Virus record (IMG/VR): IMGVR_UViG_3300030708_001737
Location: 1 to 37,606 of that record
Reading direction: 5' to 3' (one strand)
Source of the DNA: a virus
Lineage: Duplodnaviria > Caudoviricetes
DNA: 37,606 nt
Below, piece by piece: positions 1 to 7,323 of the stretch (positions within the stretch are counted from its first letter, which is position 1; the number at the start of each line of letters is the position of its first letter). The notes beneath the pieces are model-generated. The model saw only the letters and a program-made list of their open reading frames with translations. It was not told where the DNA came from and did not search any database. Both the position numbers and the translations under genes were made by a program.

Positions 1-552
1 GGTTCACAGCCTAGCTCGGATACTGATCCAAGTAGTGCAGAGGAAAGCAGTATACCTGTGGAAAAGGACTGTAGCGAATACGCCTGTTATTATATATGCG
101 AGTTTTCTGGATGGGTAATAACGGATAATTTTTGCTATCTTGGTGGAAGCGGTGATAGCCCCTGTTTATGTCCAGACACAAGCTGGCAAGATACCTATCC
201 TTGTCCTTCAATAGCCATGCCGGGTTCTACTATAGCAATCCAATGTGAGAAAGATACACCTGATCCTAGCGGCTCTGGATCTGGCTCTGGTTCAGGCTCT
301 GGTTCAGGCTCTGGTTCTGGTGACGCAGGTTCTGCGGAGGACTCCGGCTCTAGTGAACCCAGACCCACGCCAACAGGATTCTGTGAATACATGTGGGTAT
401 GCACGGATGGTGGCGAAACCTGCACTCCTGCCGAGGGTGGTCACTGGATACTAAACACCTCTAATTGTACTGGTGTTTGCAGCGAGGAGCCTCCAATACC
501 AGACCCGGGTGATCAGTTTAATGGTTACTTAGCATTCGGATCGTGTACATAA
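1..552 (+). CDS. C-terminal part of a Cys-rich, acidic protein with a Gly-Ser linker (5' truncated; possibly virion or surface protein)
   Basis: Frame 1 is open from base 1 (GSQPSSDTDPSSAEESSIPVEKDC...) to TAA at 550-552. Two Cys-rich modules are separated by a (GS)n linker. Confidence 0.7.
   Translation, partial: GSQPSSDTDPSSAEESSIPVEKDCSEYACYYICEFSGWVITDNFCYLGGSGDSPCLCPDTSWQDTYPCPSIAMPGSTIAIQCEKDTPDPSGSGSGSGSGSGSGSGSGDAGSAEDSGSSEPRPTPTGFCEYMWVCTDGGETCTPAEGGHWILNTSNCTGVCSEEPPIPDPGDQFNGYLAFGSCT
268..321 (+). repeat. 6-nt-period coding repeat (GGN TCN)n encoding a (Ser-Gly)n linker
   Basis: agc ggc tct gga tct ggc tct ggt tca ggc tct ggt tca ggc tct ggt tct ggt. Confidence 0.9.
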
Positions 553-553
553 T

Positions 554-730
554 ATGAAAAAGAAAAAATACAAACCCCGCAAAACAGACGAGGCAGAGCT
601 TCAGGAGTTTCGGGAGCATACAAAACTAATTAACGAAAAGACCAAGACGATAGTTGAAAAATACCGTCAATGGTGGGACAAGGACAAGAAAACATGGAAA
701 AAAGGATTCAAGGGACATGGGAATTCGTGA
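554..730 (+). CDS. small basic hypothetical protein (58 aa), not in the ORF track
   Basis: ATG at 554, 1 nt after the upstream stop. MKKKKYKPRKTDEAELQEFREHTK...GHGNS*. Fills the gap exactly. Confidence 0.65.
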   Translation: MKKKKYKPRKTDEAELQEFREHTKLINEKTKTIVEKYRQWWDKDKKTWKKGFKGHGNS

Positions 731-977
731 AGAGTTGTGTGAACATTTTGGCGATGATCTTCTGTTTGCCGATGGCTATGACGATGCTATTATTGGCGTT
801 TGTGGTGGCCACGATTCAGGAAGGGTTGCTTATTCTGTTCCGAAAATGATAGACTTGTGTATGAGAGAGGCCGGTATGCCCTACGAAGAAGCACTAGAAT
901 GGCTAGATTTTAATACATTTGGTGCTTACGTTGGAGATAACACTCCAATTTATATTTATTTTACTCCTACCGATTGA
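717..977 (+). CDS. conserved phage hypothetical protein (86 aa)
   Basis: Motif LFADGYDDAIIG...VAYS..KMI...EEALEWLDFNT.GAYVG..TP resembles a family common in aquatic phages. ATG 717 preferred over TTG 654. Confidence 0.75.
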   Translation: MGIREELCEHFGDDLLFADGYDDAIIGVCGGHDSGRVAYSVPKMIDLCMREAGMPYEEALEWLDFNTFGAYVGDNTPIYIYFTPTD

Positions 978-1001
978 CATCTAAACTTTTTAGGATATAA
1001 T
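974..1001 (+). promoter_or_regulatory. sigma-70 consensus promoter, probably giving a leaderless mRNA
   Basis: TTGACA 974-979, 16-nt spacer, TATAAT 996-1001, ATG at 1008. Confidence 0.75.
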
Positions 1002-1007
1002 GTAGAC

Positions 1008-2420
1008 ATGAGAAAAGAAGGTAAATTTGTTTTTTTGGGCGACCCAAGAGCCACTTGGGATGATATTAGTTGCCCACACCTAAAAGAAGATAAAACCTGC
1101 GGACTAGCGTCGGCTTTAGTAAAGGCTCCAGTAGCCACTAAACCCTATGACTGCTCGATATGTTCAGAATGGTCAGACGGACAGACACATACATGCAGAA
1201 CAGTACACAGGTTGGCAGAGAATCACGCAAAAAAAGAAAACAAGTCCTTACATATATCAATAGAAGACAGACTTGGAGAGGGTGTAGGCACAGAGCTTCA
1301 CAAAATGATACCAGCATTTTTAGAAAAGAAGGGCTGTAACTGTAAAAGTTTCGCACTAAAGATGAATGTCTGGGGGCCTGACGGATGCGAGAAGAATAGA
1401 ACCGCCATAATTAACCGCTTGGTTCAGGAGTCAAAACAGAGAGACATATTTGGCTGGCTTCCTGAATCTGCGACAGCTATGGTAGCCAACAAACTATTAA
1501 CAACAGCTATAAAAAGAGCCAGACAGAAAGGCGACGACAGTAAGGATAAATGGTTCTGTGCGGTAACAACTGCACCTAGACAAATTCCCACTGTGCAAAC
1601 ATGTCTGGAGTCTCTGGTGGTGGCTGGGTTCAACCCCTTTGTGTTTGCAGAACCGGGTAGCCAGCCGCTTTCCCACGAATTCAAGCCGTTTTTGATACAG
1701 AATAAAAAGAGAAAGGGAGTTTGGCACAACTTCTTATTTAGTGTTAAATACGCACTAGAGAATAGTAATGCCGAAACTATTATAACCGTCCAAGACGACA
1801 GTCTGTTTCACCCCGACTGCAAATCATTTTTAGAGGATCATGTCCTTTGGCCGGACGAAAAGGTTGGATTTGTTTCTCTTTATACCCCGAAACATTACAG
1901 CAAAAGACCCAATAAAAAAACAATGATGAGGCCGTTTGGCGTCAATAGAATTATAACCAAAAGTATGTGGGGGGCTTGTGGTTTAGTGTGGCCTAGAAAA
2001 GTTTTGGAGGAGATGCTTGAGCTTGATAACTGTGTAAACTGGCTCGGTGCTAGAACAAAGTCAAAAGATCTATGGCAAAGAAAGCAGCTCGAAAGACGTA
2101 AAAATCCAGAACAAATACAGAATAGCGACACGGCTATTGGAAAACTCATGAACCAGATGGGCAGAACCATGTGGTTTTGCGACCCTTCTCCAGTACAGCA
2201 CTTTGCTACAACTTCGGCAATTAATCATGGCGGTAATAAAGGCCGTAGAAACTGCGGCAGGTGTGCCCTTTGGACACAACCACTAGTTGATCAAATCCCG
2301 CTGCAAACCAATGGAGAGCCGTTAAACAAGTTCAGCTACGACCAAATACAACTAAGTAACGAGTTCATGGAGCCTGAAAGACTTGGCAAAGCTAGATATC
2401 CTCTTAATTATGAAGAGTAA
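1008..2420 (+). CDS. Cys-rich N-terminal domain fused to a GT-A fold (GT2-like) glycosyltransferase
   Basis: C-terminal half has AVTTAPR...CLESL, a GVWHNF helix, a hydrophobic strand ending in QDD (DxD-like), WGACGLVW and a PSPVQH motif. N-terminus has several Cys motifs (CSIC, CNC). Confidence 0.65.
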   Translation: MRKEGKFVFLGDPRATWDDISCPHLKEDKTCGLASALVKAPVATKPYDCSICSEWSDGQTHTCRTVHRLAENHAKKENKSLHISIEDRLGEGVGTELHKMIPAFLEKKGCNCKSFALKMNVWGPDGCEKNRTAIINRLVQESKQRDIFGWLPESATAMVANKLLTTAIKRARQKGDDSKDKWFCAVTTAPRQIPTVQTCLESLVVAGFNPFVFAEPGSQPLSHEFKPFLIQNKKRKGVWHNFLFSVKYALENSNAETIITVQDDSLFHPDCKSFLEDHVLWPDEKVGFVSLYTPKHYSKRPNKKTMMRPFGVNRIITKSMWGACGLVWPRKVLEEMLELDNCVNWLGARTKSKDLWQRKQLERRKNPEQIQNSDTAIGKLMNQMGRTMWFCDPSPVQHFATTSAINHGGNKGRRNCGRCALWTQPLVDQIPLQTNGEPLNKFSYDQIQLSNEFMEPERLGKARYPLNYEE

Positions 2421-2430
2421 AGTATTAAAT

Positions 2431-2440
2431 TGTGTATAGT
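2431..2440 (+). promoter_or_regulatory. putative phage late-promoter motif TGYGTATW
   Basis: Intergenic TGTGTATAGT with no -35 box. Similar words at 6601, 18729 and 26016. Confidence 0.45.
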
Positions 2441-2477
2441 ATACTGGTATTTTTCAACGACAGTCTAGGACATAAAT

Positions 2478-3197
2478 ATGGCGATCACATTAGAATCTTC
2501 ACAAACTAGCTCTTTCACATCGGGTACATCCTTGACGATAAGCCTTCCCTCTGGAGTATCTTCTGGGGATTTGATACTAGTCATCGCTGGTGTCGAAAGC
2601 GATTCAACGCTTACCACTCCCAGCGGATATACCGAGGCGGCTACAGAGCTTGTCACAGCATCGTTTGATGGCTCAAATTTATGTAGAATGTACATATTTT
2701 ATAAAATTGCAGGAGGCTCTGAAAGCAACCCTTCTACTACTTCCAACTCAAACACGGCAGACAAAAGATTTATAACCCATAGATTTTCTGGTGTGAATAG
2801 TGGCCAGCCAATAGATATAATAAGTAGTGGAACAGACAACACTAAAGTCTATCCTCCGGGCAGTCCTCCGACATTTAAGATCGGATCGGGAAGTCTTGAG
2901 TGGTTTCACAAAGCCTTATTTAGAGTCGCTATATGTAACGATAACGGAGACAATGGTACTTTTGACAGCACTCAAACTTTTACGGGTCACACTAGAAGAG
3001 GTATACTGACGGGGCTTGAAGTTGGGGCAATTAGTATTCAAAAAGACTCTGTTTCAACAGGGACGTTCTCCAGTTTGACTCTGGCCACACAATCAATAGA
3101 TGGCGGAGAAGTAGACGGTATATGTTTTGCCAATATAGGGATATTGGAGACATCCTCTGGAACATCCCGAAACATGATGATGACCGGCGTTGGATAA
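2478..3197 (+). CDS. Ser/Thr/Gly-rich beta-strand protein, putative virion (tail or adhesion) component
   Basis: SLTISLPSGVSSGDLILV...LTTPSGYT...IFYKIA motif typical of phage tail-associated domains. AGGA RBS. Confidence 0.55.
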   Translation: MAITLESSQTSSFTSGTSLTISLPSGVSSGDLILVIAGVESDSTLTTPSGYTEAATELVTASFDGSNLCRMYIFYKIAGGSESNPSTTSNSNTADKRFITHRFSGVNSGQPIDIISSGTDNTKVYPPGSPPTFKIGSGSLEWFHKALFRVAICNDNGDNGTFDSTQTFTGHTRRGILTGLEVGAISIQKDSVSTGTFSSLTLATQSIDGGEVDGICFANIGILETSSGTSRNMMMTGVG

Positions 3198-3201
3198 CAA
3201 A

Positions 3202-3720
3202 ATGAAGATTATTGATAACGAGAGAGAGCCAACTGATTGGGATAACATATTCTTGCAGGAGGCAACTCTATGGTCTCGAAGAAGTCATGACATTGAGACA
3301 CAGTGCGGATGTGTTTTAGTAAAAGATAAAACCGTTATCTCTTCTGGGTATAACGGATTTATCAGAGACATAGATGACTCAGACCTACCAAATACAAGGC
3401 CGGGCAAATATCCATTCATGATACACGCCGAAGCTAATGCTATATACAACTCTGTAAGAATAGGAAGATCAACACTTGGAGCGACCGCATACATAACCGC
3501 AATACCCTGCTTATCCTGTCTACAAATGTTGTATCAATGTGGTATAGAGGAGATAGTTTATTCTGATATATCCAATCCAAAGATGTGTACAAGCTCAGCC
3601 AAGTATCTAACGATGGCTAGCAAAATAATTGAAAAGATAGATATATCTTTTATACCTAAATCAAAGCTGTCTGCTGAATTTTTATCAGAGGCTCATGAAA
3701 AAATTTGTAAAAAAAACTGA
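3202..3720 (+). CDS. dCMP deaminase (ComEB / T4 Cd-like)
   Basis: GYNG, HAEANA and PCLSC zinc motifs, with QCGI downstream. Confidence 0.93.
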   Translation: MKIIDNEREPTDWDNIFLQEATLWSRRSHDIETQCGCVLVKDKTVISSGYNGFIRDIDDSDLPNTRPGKYPFMIHAEANAIYNSVRIGRSTLGATAYITAIPCLSCLQMLYQCGIEEIVYSDISNPKMCTSSAKYLTMASKIIEKIDISFIPKSKLSAEFLSEAHEKICKKN

Positions 3721-3728
3721 AGAACCTG

Positions 3729-3757
3729 TTGACAAATGACGATACCTAGGTTATAAT
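3729..3757 (+). promoter_or_regulatory. sigma-70 consensus promoter
   Basis: TTGACA 3729-3734, 17-nt spacer, TATAAT 3752-3757, intergenic. Confidence 0.85.
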
Positions 3758-3799
3758 GATAGTGTATCAGCGAACGACAAAGCAAGCGAGGAAATCAGG

Positions 3800-4216
3800 A
3801 TGGCGAAGAAAAGGAAGCAACCATTGAAGTCTTGTCCGGACTGTCAAGAACAGTGTCACGCAAGACTGGCGACATGCAAGAAATGCGGATACGTTTTCTA
3901 TAAGAAGAAAAAGAGATTCATTGAAAATTGGAAAGAAGAGATTAATCCGGGTGACCACGTAAGAGTTGTTGGAAGATCAGGAACTTATTACATCAAGGAA
4001 AGTGGAGAGAGAATATATTTCACAAACCCCGGTGTCTATTTGGTAAAAAAGATTCTTAAGGATGGCATAGTCGCCATAGGAGTAGGTAGAATATGTCATG
4101 GTTATGAGTTTCTTTACATGGGTAAAGAGAAGAAGTCATCTATGTTGGATTCGATGTTTAATAGTCCACATAAATTAATTAGTGTTTCTTTAAAGAAAAG
4201 AAAAGGAGAGTCTTAA
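3800..4216 (+). CDS. zinc-ribbon hypothetical protein
   Basis: CPDC...CKKCGY motif followed by a small beta domain. AGGA RBS. Confidence 0.75.
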   Translation: MAKKRKQPLKSCPDCQEQCHARLATCKKCGYVFYKKKKRFIENWKEEINPGDHVRVVGRSGTYYIKESGERIYFTNPGVYLVKKILKDGIVAIGVGRICHGYEFLYMGKEKKSSMLDSMFNSPHKLISVSLKKRKGES

Positions 4217-4434
4217 TGACTACAAATTGGAACTTGTTACTAAACAACAAGCGTAACATGAGTACGGTATCAAACTTTGCAAAGGGAGATATGTCAGGTA
4301 AGGATTTTATTTCGGCTTTTGCTGGAACAACAAGCGGCGGGACTGCTCGTTCGCTTCTAAAGACGCACGGCGTTGACAAAAGTCGCACGCTAGCAAAGAA
4401 GGCACTCTACCGTCGAGAGTCTTCACGAGGTTAA
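4216..4434 (+). CDS. hypothetical protein (72 aa)
   Basis: TAATG coupling with the upstream gene. AGGAG RBS. Confidence 0.7.
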   Translation: MTTNWNLLLNNKRNMSTVSNFAKGDMSGKDFISAFAGTTSGGTARSLLKTHGVDKSRTLAKKALYRRESSRG

Positions 4435-4456
4435 TTTTACTTTTAGGGAGTTTAAT

Positions 4457-4819
4457 ATGTTTAACAATAGAGTTATTTTGAAGGGCAATTTGACTAAAGA
4501 TCCTGAGTACAAAAACGTATCAGAGAAAGATCTTGTTACTTTTAGAATTGCCGTTAACGAATCGGTTGGAAACGGTCGAGAAGAAACTGTTTACTTGGAT
4601 GTAGACGGTTGGGGTAGTCACGCGGCTTATGCACAGAATGTGACACTAAGCAAGGGGGATCGTGTGATTGTTGACGGACGGCTTCGTCAGCGAAGCTGGG
4701 AAGACAAGAATGGTGTATCCCGTACATCATACAGTGTTTTGCCAAGTACCTTCTCAAAGGTAGTCAAGCCTACCCGAGCTTTATCGGAGGAATCGGGAGC
4801 TGATTCTGACACCTTTTAG
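4457..4819 (+). CDS. ssb: single-stranded DNA-binding protein
   Basis: NRVILKGNLTKDPE, FRIAVN and KGDRVIVDGRLRQRSWEDKNG motifs; acidic tail ending in F. Confidence 0.95.
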   Translation: MFNNRVILKGNLTKDPEYKNVSEKDLVTFRIAVNESVGNGREETVYLDVDGWGSHAAYAQNVTLSKGDRVIVDGRLRQRSWEDKNGVSRTSYSVLPSTFSKVVKPTRALSEESGADSDTF

Positions 4820-4830
4820 ACCGTAGCAAT

Positions 4831-4880
4831 GAAGACTAGCTCGATGGCCTCTTCAGCGGGGTCATCGGGTTGGCTTCTTT
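4831..4880 (+). terminator. long G.U-rich stem-loop after ssb (terminator or processing element)
   Basis: 4836-4851 pairs with 4858-4873 (16 bp, 5 G.U), plus GAAG/CTTC, followed by a short T run. Confidence 0.6.
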
Positions 4881-4886
4881 AATATT

Positions 4887-5087
4887 ATGAAAAACATCAA
4901 CTCACAAATAAAAGATCTAGACGACAGAATACACGTACTTTCTGAGCGTTCTTACTCGCCAGAAATATCTGGTTCAGAGTTAAGAGAAATAAACAAACGT
5001 AAGAAAAAGCTTCTTAAAAATAAGAAGAAACTATTGAAAAAAATTGAGCATAATCAAGATCAATTAGACTATAATGAATTAGACTAG
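4887..5087 (+). CDS. small coiled-coil hypothetical protein (66 aa)
   Basis: ATG-started ORF in the + strand gene run. Confidence 0.55.
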   Translation: MKNINSQIKDLDDRIHVLSERSYSPEISGSELREINKRKKKLLKNKKKLLKKIEHNQDQLDYNELD

Positions 5088-5105
5088 AGTAGCTTACTAG
5101 TCTAA

Positions 5106-5267
5106 GGAAGGTGGCTGAAAATACCGGAGCAAACCAGTGACGGTAACAGCACACGAGTCTCAACCGGACGGGCAAGTGCTATACATGGTTGAGATAGTGG
5201 TTAAAGTAGGCGACATGACATAACTGGTGCCGAAATTTGTGGGTAAAATGTAAATCCCACCCTTCCA
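5106..5267 (+). ncRNA. tRNA-shaped structured ncRNA with a pseudoknotted D-loop insertion
   Basis: GGAAGG 5106-5111 pairs with CCTTCC 5261-5266. T-arm-like GTGGG/CCCAC. D-arm halves TGGCTGA and GTGGTTAAAGT. Four further helices: TACCG/CGGTA, ACCAGT/ACTGGT, AGCAC/GTGCT, TCTCAACC/GGTTGAGA. Lies in a non-coding gap. Confidence 0.7.
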
Positions 5268-5328
5268 TTTTTATACAAACTGTGCCGTTTTGGGCAGTTA
5301 AATTTCTTGCTAACATAGGAGAATTATA

Positions 5329-5751
5329 ATGGCTAATGTAGATAGACTAATGTCTAACCATCAACAATTATTTCGCACTCTATTTTCCAACTCTATTGGT
5401 ATGGACAGAGTGTTCAACCGTCTCACCAGCACAGAGACGAGTAATTTCCCGCCCTACAACATCATAAGACACGAAGACAGGGTTTCTGTAGAACTGGCTG
5501 TTGCCGGATATAAAAAAGAGAACATATCTGTCACGGTCAATGATGGAGTATTGAGCATCACAGGAAGCTGGGAACAAGAAGATAAGAATCACCTGCACAA
5601 AGGAATCTCTACTAAAGACTTCAAAAGGACTTTTAGTCTTGGCGAATATGTAGAGGTAAAATCTGCGGAACTAAAAGACGGTCTACTGAGAGTGTCGCTG
5701 GAAGAAGTTCTCCCGCCAGAGAAACAACTGAAAGAGATTAAAATAAAGTAA
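5329..5751 (+). CDS. hsp20: small heat-shock protein Hsp20 (IbpA-like)
   Basis: NFPPYNI, ELAVAGY, LHKGIS.KDFKRTFSL and AELKDGLL motifs. AGGAG RBS. Confidence 0.95.
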   Translation: MANVDRLMSNHQQLFRTLFSNSIGMDRVFNRLTSTETSNFPPYNIIRHEDRVSVELAVAGYKKENISVTVNDGVLSITGSWEQEDKNHLHKGISTKDFKRTFSLGEYVEVKSAELKDGLLRVSLEEVLPPEKQLKEIKIK

Positions 5752-5924
5752 TGAAAATTTTAGATACGCTGGTTTTTATAATGCCCTCCGTTGTGGGGGC
5801 ATTATATTTTATAACAGCTATCTGTTACCTATTTAAAAAAGATTACGCTTGGTCACTCGTGTGGCTTTCATATGCGTTGGCAAATGTCGGACTTATACTA
5901 ATCGGATTGCGAGAAAACCAATGA
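5751..5924 (+). CDS. small two-TM membrane protein (57 aa), not in the ORF track
   Basis: MKILDTLVFIMPSVVGALYFITAICYLFKKDYAWSLVWLSYALANVGLILIGLRENQ*. TAATG and ATGA coupling on the two sides. Confidence 0.75.
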   Translation: MKILDTLVFIMPSVVGALYFITAICYLFKKDYAWSLVWLSYALANVGLILIGLRENQ

Positions 5925-6154
5925 AGAAACCAGATAGAAAGAAACAGCAAAAACAATTAGCAAGAGGAAAGAAAAAAGCACAGAAAGAACTGCTTAAAAA
6001 AAGGGAAGCAAAAAAGAAAAGAAAGATCAAGCTCGCTAAAAAAATAGCCGATAGAAGAGCAGACAGAGAGACTTTCAAAATGGAAGAGGAAATAAGAAAA
6101 CTTCAGGCAAAGCACGCTAAAAAAAATCCCGAACCGGTTGACAAACAGGATTAG
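5921..6154 (+). CDS. Lys-rich hypothetical protein (77 aa)
   Basis: ATG 5921 overlaps the upstream stop (ATGA). Very basic and helical. Confidence 0.65.
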   Translation: MKKPDRKKQQKQLARGKKKAQKELLKKREAKKKRKIKLAKKIADRRADRETFKMEEEIRKLQAKHAKKNPEPVDKQD

Positions 6155-6165
6155 TGGGTTATAAT
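6138..6165 (+). promoter_or_regulatory. sigma-70 consensus promoter
   Basis: TTGACA 6138-6143, 16-nt spacer, TATAAT 6160-6165. Same GTTGACAAA...GGTTATAATGA context as the 3729 promoter. Confidence 0.8.
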
Positions 6166-6191
6166 GAAATAAAAACTTTGGGAGCTTAACA

Positions 6192-6590
6192 ATGACAAAT
6201 TCTGGATCGCCCGTAGACCTAAGCATAGGTTTTTACTGTTTAATTTTACTCATGCTGCCTATCATACTAGCATTTGCTGGTAGTGTTTTCTGGGCTATAG
6301 CTGCGTGTATACCTGATGTAGTTTACGTAGAAAAGGAAACAGCATCCAGAAAGGCTCCCCCCATTCCTACTAATAATACACCAAAAGCACGGGAGGCTTC
6401 TATAGAAGCACCTCCAGTAATACAGAAAAACGCCACAACCAGTAGTGAAGTGGTCTCTGAGACTGTGGTCACGCTAAAAAATCTAGGGTACTCGCTAAAA
6501 GACGCTAAGTCTATTGTCTCCCAGCTAGTTTCGCAGAGATCTTATACAGACTCCGAGACCCTCCTAAAAGATTGCTTATCTTCCATTTAA
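6192..6590 (+). CDS. membrane-anchored protein with a C-terminal RuvA domain III-like helical domain
   Basis: N-terminal hydrophobic segment, Pro/Thr linker, then ETVVTLKNLGYSLKDAKSIV...DSETLLKDCL. GGGAG RBS. Confidence 0.7.
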   Translation: MTNSGSPVDLSIGFYCLILLMLPIILAFAGSVFWAIAACIPDVVYVEKETASRKAPPIPTNNTPKAREASIEAPPVIQKNATTSSEVVSETVVTLKNLGYSLKDAKSIVSQLVSQRSYTDSETLLKDCLSSI

Positions 6591-6600
6591 GAATCCTAAT

Positions 6601-6610
6601 TGTGTATAAT
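6601..6610 (+). promoter_or_regulatory. promoter motif TGTGTATAAT heading the PAP2-DUF1501 operon
   Basis: Intergenic AATTGTGTATA, the same 11-mer as at 2428-2438. No -35 box. Confidence 0.5.
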
Positions 6611-6635
6611 ATTACACACCCCACAAGGAGATAAA

Positions 6636-7310
6636 ATGGACCCAAAAGACATAATACTAGAAGTATCAAAGAAAATTGATTCCATAACCTATACAGACAC
6701 CCCAAGGTCTCAAAGAAAGGTTAAGGACATAATATCTATTGGATGGGAAAATGTCTTGCCAAACCCTCCCGCAAATACCTCCGACATAACCAAGAAGGAG
6801 CTACAATATTTATCTAGCCTTACATCAAGGCTTGACTTCAGGCAAAAAGAGCTAGTAAAACTTGTTGACAAGGAACCCTTAGACCTGTTTAACTCTATAA
6901 TCAGAAAAAACGATTTGAAGTTTGACAAAGAGTCTTTCAGAGATTTATACTACGGTACTTTTGATCCTGTTATTTTGAATCTGAAAAGCAAATACAACAG
7001 AGCTAGACCAGACCAATTAGCACCGGTTTTTGGTATGAAAGTTAACGTTATGACGACAGATACTCACCAAACGCCCGCCTACCCTTCAGGACACACTGCA
7101 TACACGGCTTTTGCGGCATACTTGTTGGCAGCAATGTATCCCGACCTAAGCTCTTCTTTTTTTGGCCGTATAGGTCTTGCGGGTTATGCAAGATGTTTAC
7201 AGGGTGTACACTATCCGTCTGACAACGACGCATCAATGGTGATCTCCGGTGCATTGTGGGAAAATGTAAAATACGAACTATACCCAGAACTATTTCCAGA
7301 GAAGAATTAA
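6636..7310 (+). CDS. PAP2-superfamily phosphatase (acid phosphatase / vanadium haloperoxidase fold)
   Basis: All three PAP2 motifs: KSKYNRARP, YPSGH, RCLQGVHYPSD. AGGAG RBS before ATG 6636. Confidence 0.9.
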   Translation: MDPKDIILEVSKKIDSITYTDTPRSQRKVKDIISIGWENVLPNPPANTSDITKKELQYLSSLTSRLDFRQKELVKLVDKEPLDLFNSIIRKNDLKFDKESFRDLYYGTFDPVILNLKSKYNRARPDQLAPVFGMKVNVMTTDTHQTPAYPSGHTAYTAFAAYLLAAMYPDLSSSFFGRIGLAGYARCLQGVHYPSDNDASMVISGALWENVKYELYPELFPEKN

Positions 7311-7323
7311 AGAAAGGCATGTT

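Noticed and set aside
268-321. Short tandem repeat as a CRISPR or DGR element
   Set aside because: It is an in-frame Gly-Ser linker with synonymous variation and no spacers. No CRISPR array or reverse transcriptase is visible in the window.
4373-4401. Additional GTTGACAAA -35 box
   Set aside because: It is inside a CDS and has no -10 element at 16-18 nt.
5106-5267. Canonical tRNA, intron-containing tRNA or tmRNA
   Set aside because: No TTC T-loop, a 6-bp acceptor and no 7-nt anticodon loop. The insert is too short for a group I intron, and the whole is too short for tmRNA with no tag ORF.
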